This document shows positions 58,849 to 64,000 of a stretch of DNA of 64,000 nucleotides, one piece after another; positions within the stretch are counted from its first letter, which is position 1; the number at the start of each line of letters is the position of its first letter. Under the pieces are notes generated by a model that did not search any database, was not told the origin of the DNA, and saw nothing but the letters and a program-made list of their open reading frames with translations. Made by a program: the position numbers and the translations under genes. This stretch comes from Candidatus Cloacimonadales bacterium. GTDB lineage: Bacteria > Cloacimonadota > Cloacimonadia > Cloacimonadales > JAIOQZ01. The DNA lies in the NCBI GenBank assembly GCA_963662655.2, contig CAXXTU010000002.1, positions 512,001 through 576,000 of the forward strand, given 5' to 3'.

Positions 58849-61671
58849 ATGCGTTTTTTTATCAATCTTAAATCGAGTGCAAAGTCTTTTATCGGCCTTA
58901 CAACGCTGTTCGCGCTATTACTCGTAATCACCCTGATGAGTATCACCGCGTTTCAGCATCTCAACAACAATGTCGTCAGTGCAGTCGATCACGTTTTACC
59001 GTCGGTTCATTTGCTCTCTGAAATCGATAGAGACTTGCAGCAAACGCTCGTCGCGGAACGATCCATACTCCTGGCGACTCCGGGAACGGACGAGTTCAAC
59101 GGATTCGTCTCTGACATGGAAACGAATATTGAGCAGACGGAAGAACGGTGGCAGGAATTCAGGAAAGTATTCGACCTCACCACCGAAGACAAGTTGATAC
59201 AAACTTATGAGTCGAAGCGGAAGGAGTGGCTGCCGATTACAAGAAGAATCCCAGCTATCCTGCAACAGCAGACTGACACAAGCTATCAGGAAGCAATGGC
59301 GCTGAGCTATGGCCATGCGGCAACCGTCTTCGAAGAGATGCGTGATGCTATCGATGTGCTGGGACAGAAGTCATGGGAGCATGCGGGGTTCGTCAAGCAG
59401 AGGTCGCACGAGGTATATTCAAGCAACCATTTGCTCTTGATCTCATTGCTCATCGCCGGAATTCTCGTTTGGATCGGGCTCTCGATCTTCATTAACTACA
59501 CGGTTTCCAAATCGATCAAGGAAGTTATTTCTGGAATGTCTCAAATCTCCGACAGTATCCTGAACGGTAAGCTCGGAGAAAGAGTCGATCCGTCAGCCTT
59601 TGTTCCCGAGTTCAGACCCATCGGTAACGGAGCAAACGAAATAATCGAAGCCTTTGTGCGTCCTATCAAAGTAATGCAGGAGTACATCGAGAGAATATCA
59701 ACAGGAAGAATTCCGACCCCAATTGATGAGACCTACAATGGAGATTTCGATAAAATCAAAACAAGCCTGAATGTGTGTATCAATACACTCACAACCTTGC
59801 TCAGTGACGTTGAGCATTTTGTCGTGGAGGCTGAACATGGCCGCCTCATGACTCGTGCCGATGCAAGCGTCCAGCAGGGAGATTACAAACGGCTGGTCGA
59901 AGGAATCAATGCCGTCGTAAACACGATTTTGACAATGGTAGACTCCGCGCCTTGCCCATTTATGATTATCGATAGGGAATTCAATATCCAATTCATGAAC
60001 AAAACCGGCGCGGACCTCTTACAGAAAACTCAGGTAGAACTCGTTGGCAAGAAATGTTACAATCATTTCAAAACCCACGATTGCCAGACTGATAAATGCG
60101 CACTCGGCAAGGCTATGAAATCCGGAACAACGCACAGAAGCGAGACAAAAGCAAATCCCGTTGGGCTGGACCTCGATATCAGCTACGAAGGAGTACCGAT
60201 CAGAGACCGATCTGGGGATGTCGTCGGTTCTCTCGAAATCGTGATGGATCAAACAGATATCATGAATGCAAGGCGTTTGTCCGATAAAATTACTCGCTAT
60301 CAGGAAGAAGAGGTTACCAAGCTGGTCGACCGGCTTCAGGACTTGGCAAACGGCAACCTCGAATTCGAAACAACCACCGCGGAAACCGACAAAGACACGA
60401 AGGACACGGGCAGCCGCTTCATGGCGATCAATCAAAGCCTGGATGGCGTCAAGAAAGCGCTGGGGCAGTTGACTGCCGATGCACAGGAGCTTGTTCAGGC
60501 AGCGCTCGATGGAAACCTCAAGAGCCGTGCAAGAGCCGATAAACACCGCGGTGAGTACAAACAACTGGTTCAGGGGATCAATCAGCTCCTCGACGCCATC
60601 ATCGATCCGATCAACGAAGCGATGACGGTCATGGCCGATCTGGCGAACAAGAACCTCACCGCTCGCGTGCAGGGAGATTACATGGGCGACCTCGATGTGT
60701 TCAAGCAGAACATCAACGACGCCGGTAGCAATCTGGAAGACGCTCTCAGTCAGGTGGGGCGAGCCGTGCAGCAAATCACCGCTGCAGCCGGTGAGATTTC
60801 CAATGGCAGTCAATCGCTCGCAGCCGGATCGTCACAGCAGGCCAGCTCTCTGGAAGAGATTGCTTCGAGCCTTGAGGAGATGAATTCCATCACGTTAAAC
60901 AATGCGGATAACTCGAAGCAGGGGATGGACCTTTCAGAGCAATCATTACTGCATGTGCGCAAGGGTAACGATGCGATGGTCCGCATGAACAAGGCAATGG
61001 AATCGATCGCCAAATCCGCCCAGGAAACCAGCAACATTATCAAGACGATCAACGACATCGCCTTCCAGACCAACCTGCTGGCGTTGAATGCCGCCGTTGA
61101 AGCGGCCCATGCCGGTGAGGCGGGAAAGGGATTTGCCGTGGTTGCTGAGGAAGTGAAGAACCTCGCTCTCCGTAGCGCGGAAGCGGCGAAGAATACCGAC
61201 GAACTGATCGAGACGTCATTGAAGAATTCCGAGGATGGCGCGAAGATTGTTGAAGAAGTATCGCATTCATTCGAGAACATCCAGTCGAGCTTCTCAAAGG
61301 TTAACAACATTGTGAAGGAAATCTCTGTTTCTTCCGACGAACAGGCTGAAGGAATTCGGCAGATAAATGTCGCCGTCGGTGAGTTGAATAAGGTCACACA
61401 AGGCAATGCCGCGAACGCCGAGGAATCGGCAAGCGCTGCGGAGGAGTTGAACTCACAATCGGCAGAGCTGAAGACGATGGTCGAGGCGTTCCAGCTATCG
61501 AACTCGATCTCGAAGCGACCGGTGGGTCGACGCATGGACGATCGAGTGAAAATAACCGAGGTTTACAAGAGCAAAACGCTGCCTGCCCCAAGCAAGAACT
61601 CGAACAAATATGGCAACAAAGACATGGAAATCATATTGCCTGACGAAGGGGAGGCAAACGGAGATTTCTAA
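58849..61671 (+). CDS. methyl-accepting chemotaxis protein (four-helix sensor, poly-HAMP, PAS)
   Basis: Two TMs; Y.GDF HAMP repeats; PAS; IAFQTNLLALNAAVEAAHAGEAGKGFAVVAEEV signalling hairpin. Confidence 0.95.
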   Translation: MRFFINLKSSAKSFIGLTTLFALLLVITLMSITAFQHLNNNVVSAVDHVLPSVHLLSEIDRDLQQTLVAERSILLATPGTDEFNGFVSDMETNIEQTEERWQEFRKVFDLTTEDKLIQTYESKRKEWLPITRRIPAILQQQTDTSYQEAMALSYGHAATVFEEMRDAIDVLGQKSWEHAGFVKQRSHEVYSSNHLLLISLLIAGILVWIGLSIFINYTVSKSIKEVISGMSQISDSILNGKLGERVDPSAFVPEFRPIGNGANEIIEAFVRPIKVMQEYIERISTGRIPTPIDETYNGDFDKIKTSLNVCINTLTTLLSDVEHFVVEAEHGRLMTRADASVQQGDYKRLVEGINAVVNTILTMVDSAPCPFMIIDREFNIQFMNKTGADLLQKTQVELVGKKCYNHFKTHDCQTDKCALGKAMKSGTTHRSETKANPVGLDLDISYEGVPIRDRSGDVVGSLEIVMDQTDIMNARRLSDKITRYQEEEVTKLVDRLQDLANGNLEFETTTAETDKDTKDTGSRFMAINQSLDGVKKALGQLTADAQELVQAALDGNLKSRARADKHRGEYKQLVQGINQLLDAIIDPINEAMTVMADLANKNLTARVQGDYMGDLDVFKQNINDAGSNLEDALSQVGRAVQQITAAAGEISNGSQSLAAGSSQQASSLEEIASSLEEMNSITLNNADNSKQGMDLSEQSLLHVRKGNDAMVRMNKAMESIAKSAQETSNIIKTINDIAFQTNLLALNAAVEAAHAGEAGKGFAVVAEEVKNLALRSAEAAKNTDELIETSLKNSEDGAKIVEEVSHSFENIQSSFSKVNNIVKEISVSSDEQAEGIRQINVAVGELNKVTQGNAANAEESASAAEELNSQSAELKTMVEAFQLSNSISKRPVGRRMDDRVKITEVYKSKTLPAPSKNSNKYGNKDMEIILPDEGEANGDF

Positions 61672-61687
61672 GGAATAGAAGCAGTGA

Positions 61688-61812
61688 GAGCTGTTTCACC
61701 ACACCAGAGCGGGTGTTTTTAATAATCTTACCCTAACCACTGTTAAAACAGTGCGTTACAGGGTGTTGCGGGGCTCAATGGTGGTTTCATGGTGAAACAG
61801 CTCGTTTTTTTT
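61688..61812 (+). terminator. long hairpin with U-tract after MCP gene
   Basis: 14-bp inverted repeat GAGCTGTTTCACCA/TGGTGAAACAGCTC enclosing nested stems, followed by a run of Ts. Confidence 0.55.
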
Positions 61813-62009
61813 GTGAATCCGCCCGATGGTTTTTGTTGCGAATTATCTGGTTTGGGTTAGTTTAATCTTAGGACTCTTACAGGTGTTCATAAAAGTTGCC
61901 AGCATTGTGATTACCAGAACGGAATTCATATTAATCTTATTCATGCCGGAAAGATTAACGACAGAGGATATCTATAAATAGCGTGAGCACATATTCGTCA
62001 GGAGGTACT

Positions 62010-62528
62010 ATGGAAAGTTATGCCACGAGTCGTCCAATCGAGCGTAGCACGAAATATCTAACATTCTTCTTGAAAGATCAGCCCTATGGCGTCAACGTAG
62101 AAAACATTCTACAGATTATTGCCATCCCCGAGATCACCCCCATCCCGCAAACTCCACCATACATCAAGGGTGTAATCAATCGAAGTGGAAAGATTACGCC
62201 GGTGATGGACTTGCGGCTCCGTTTGGGGCTGCCCGAGCGTGATTACGATGACCGCACAAGCATCATCATCGTCAAAGTGAACGTGAACGGTACTCAGGTG
62301 TTCATGGGCTGGATTGTCGATAACGTTCTTGAGGTTATCGATATCGATGCGGAACATGTGGATGAGCTTCCGTCGGTTGGTACCTCGATCGATAACAGGT
62401 ACATCGAAGGAATGGCCAAGATAAAAGGGAAGGTGATAACGCTCCTGAATCCCGAAAGAGTGCTTTCGAAGGAAGAACTTATAAAAATGAAGAACCTGCA
62501 ACAAGAAAAAAGTCATACTGCAAAATAA
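62010..62528 (+). CDS. cheW: chemotaxis coupling protein CheW (second paralogue)
   Basis: Closely similar to 58251-58766; ATG 62010 with AGGAGG RBS. Confidence 0.92.
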   Translation: MESYATSRPIERSTKYLTFFLKDQPYGVNVENILQIIAIPEITPIPQTPPYIKGVINRSGKITPVMDLRLRLGLPERDYDDRTSIIIVKVNVNGTQVFMGWIVDNVLEVIDIDAEHVDELPSVGTSIDNRYIEGMAKIKGKVITLLNPERVLSKEELIKMKNLQQEKSHTAK

Positions 62529-62557
62529 AAAATGGGAATAACACGAGGAGATACAAA

Positions 62558-64000
62558 ATGAAGAATTTAACCATTGGAAGGAAAGTACTTTTTCTGGTTG
62601 CGGGAATTGTACTGTCAATATGTCTTATCCTTGGGTTCATTAATTTCAGGGAAGCTTCGTCCGCGTTGATCGACAGCATGGAGCTGACTTTGGTTGAGCT
62701 TGCCAAGACCGCATCGACCAGTATCCGTTTGAAGCTGGACATCTACTTCGCTCAAATCGAAACCATAGCGAATCGTAACGTTTTGAAATCGGGAGACTGG
62801 GAGCAACAGCGAATTGCACTTCTCGAACAAGTTGAGAAATCGGATTTCAAAGCGATGGCCGTTGTCGATCGCAACGGTAATGCTTCATATCCCGATGGCA
62901 ATACTGCCCAGTTAGGTGATCGAGAGTACTTCCAGAAAGCTCTGAAAGGCGAGACCAACATCAGCGATGCGATTACAAGCAGGGTTTCCGGAGAGGTTGT
63001 GTTTATTGTGGCAACTCCACTGCGGAGTGTAAACAACCAGATTCAGGGCGTTCTGATCGGTCGTTTACCGGGGACATTCCTTACCGACGTAACCGATGCG
63101 CTGGCTTATGGTGAGAAGGGTTACGCATACGCTGTAGATCAGCGAGGCGCGATGATCGCGCACAAGAATCGCGATTTGATCATCAATAAAGTCAGCTACA
63201 TCGAAGAAGCGAAAAAAGACAAGAAATACGCCGAGCTTGCTGCACTCTTGACCCGCATGACCAACGGCGAAACGGGAACGAGTAACTACTTCTACGAAGG
63301 CGAAGTCCGCTACATGGGTTATGCGCCGGTGGAAGGGACCACCTGGTCGATCGCGATGGGATCTTACGAGTCGGAAGCGCTTGCTCCGGTGCATAGTATG
63401 CTGGTTATCGTTATCATTTCGTCGCTTGCATTGGGCGTGATCTTTATCCTTATTGCGGTATTCCTCAGCAGATCGATTGGAAATCAGATCAAGAAGGTCA
63501 ACACACAGATTCAGGACATCGCGGACGCGGTTCTTCAGGGCCGTCTCAACGAGCGCGCCGATGTCGACGCGATTGCCGTCGATTTCAAGGGTTCCGCCGA
63601 GAGTATCAACCATCTGATCGATGCGTTTGTAAAACCGATAACCATGACGCTGGAATATCTGGATTCGATTTCGAAGGGCGAAATGCCTTCGCAGATTACC
63701 GAGACCTATCATGGCGATTTCAACAAGATCAAGGCGAGCTTGAATCAGCTGATCGAGGTGATTGCCGGATTGCTCGGCGAAACGAACATGCTCATTCAGG
63801 CCGCATCGGACGGTAACCTAAAGGTTCGTGGTAACACTGCGAAGTTCCAGAACGCATGGCAGGATATGATCACGGGCGTGAACAGCTTGTTCGACGCGTT
63901 TGTTCGCCCCATCAACCTGACCGCGGAATACGTAAAGAGCATTTCTACCGGTGAGATTCCCCCCATTATCACCGATACATACAAGGGCGATTTCAACGAA
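62558..64000 (+). CDS. methyl-accepting chemotaxis protein with dCache sensor (partial, runs off window end)
   Basis: Absent from the ORF track; read by hand: GAGGAG RBS, MKNLTIGRKVLFLV TM, DREYFQKALKG and GYAYAVD dCache motifs, second TM, Y.GDFN HAMP repeats; signalling domain lies beyond the window. Confidence 0.85.
   Translation, partial: MKNLTIGRKVLFLVAGIVLSICLILGFINFREASSALIDSMELTLVELAKTASTSIRLKLDIYFAQIETIANRNVLKSGDWEQQRIALLEQVEKSDFKAMAVVDRNGNASYPDGNTAQLGDREYFQKALKGETNISDAITSRVSGEVVFIVATPLRSVNNQIQGVLIGRLPGTFLTDVTDALAYGEKGYAYAVDQRGAMIAHKNRDLIINKVSYIEEAKKDKKYAELAALLTRMTNGETGTSNYFYEGEVRYMGYAPVEGTTWSIAMGSYESEALAPVHSMLVIVIISSLALGVIFILIAVFLSRSIGNQIKKVNTQIQDIADAVLQGRLNERADVDAIAVDFKGSAESINHLIDAFVKPITMTLEYLDSISKGEMPSQITETYHGDFNKIKASLNQLIEVIAGLLGETNMLIQAASDGNLKVRGNTAKFQNAWQDMITGVNSLFDAFVRPINLTAEYVKSISTGEIPPIITDTYKGDFNE

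Noticed and set aside
61620..61671. CheR/CheB-tethering pentapeptide at the MCP C-terminus
   Set aside because: Ends in ANGDF, lacking the aromatic residue at position 2; at best degenerate

Overview
Bacterial chromosomal window, mostly housekeeping and signalling genes. The organism is probably an anaerobic diderm such as Cloacimonadota; this is inferred from a FlgD/T9SS-type C-terminal domain protein and the gene set, and was not verified. In order: a tRNA-Gly/Cys/Leu cluster; an ECF-type transporter operon with S component and two ATPases but no T component; a large secreted FN3/FlgD protein; a long minus-strand run (rpmF-plsX-fabH-fabD-fabG-acpP-fabF-rnc-radical SAM-envelope proteins-ptsH-trpS-GT2-flippase-like); a B12-radical SAM / DarB-type ketosynthase / methyltransferase / DacB operon; a Ser/Thr kinase-LRR-FGE receptor gene heading tamA-tamB-omp85-like-rsmF; a SiaABC partner-switching module whose fourth gene is a multi-PAS histidine kinase with a SiaD-like N-terminus; a CsoR-regulated copA-copZ-CDF operon with a clear CsoR operator; nitroreductase; a BMP lipoprotein plus hybrid kinase; and tandem cheW-MCP pairs. 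The most unusual non-coding signal is two intergenic ~110-nt GC-rich elements 49 kb apart (4056-4166 and 52890-53002). They differ in sequence but fold into the same four-way junction with conserved junction motifs, making them a candidate undescribed structured repeat or ncRNA family. No integrase, transposase, reverse transcriptase or CRISPR array was seen.
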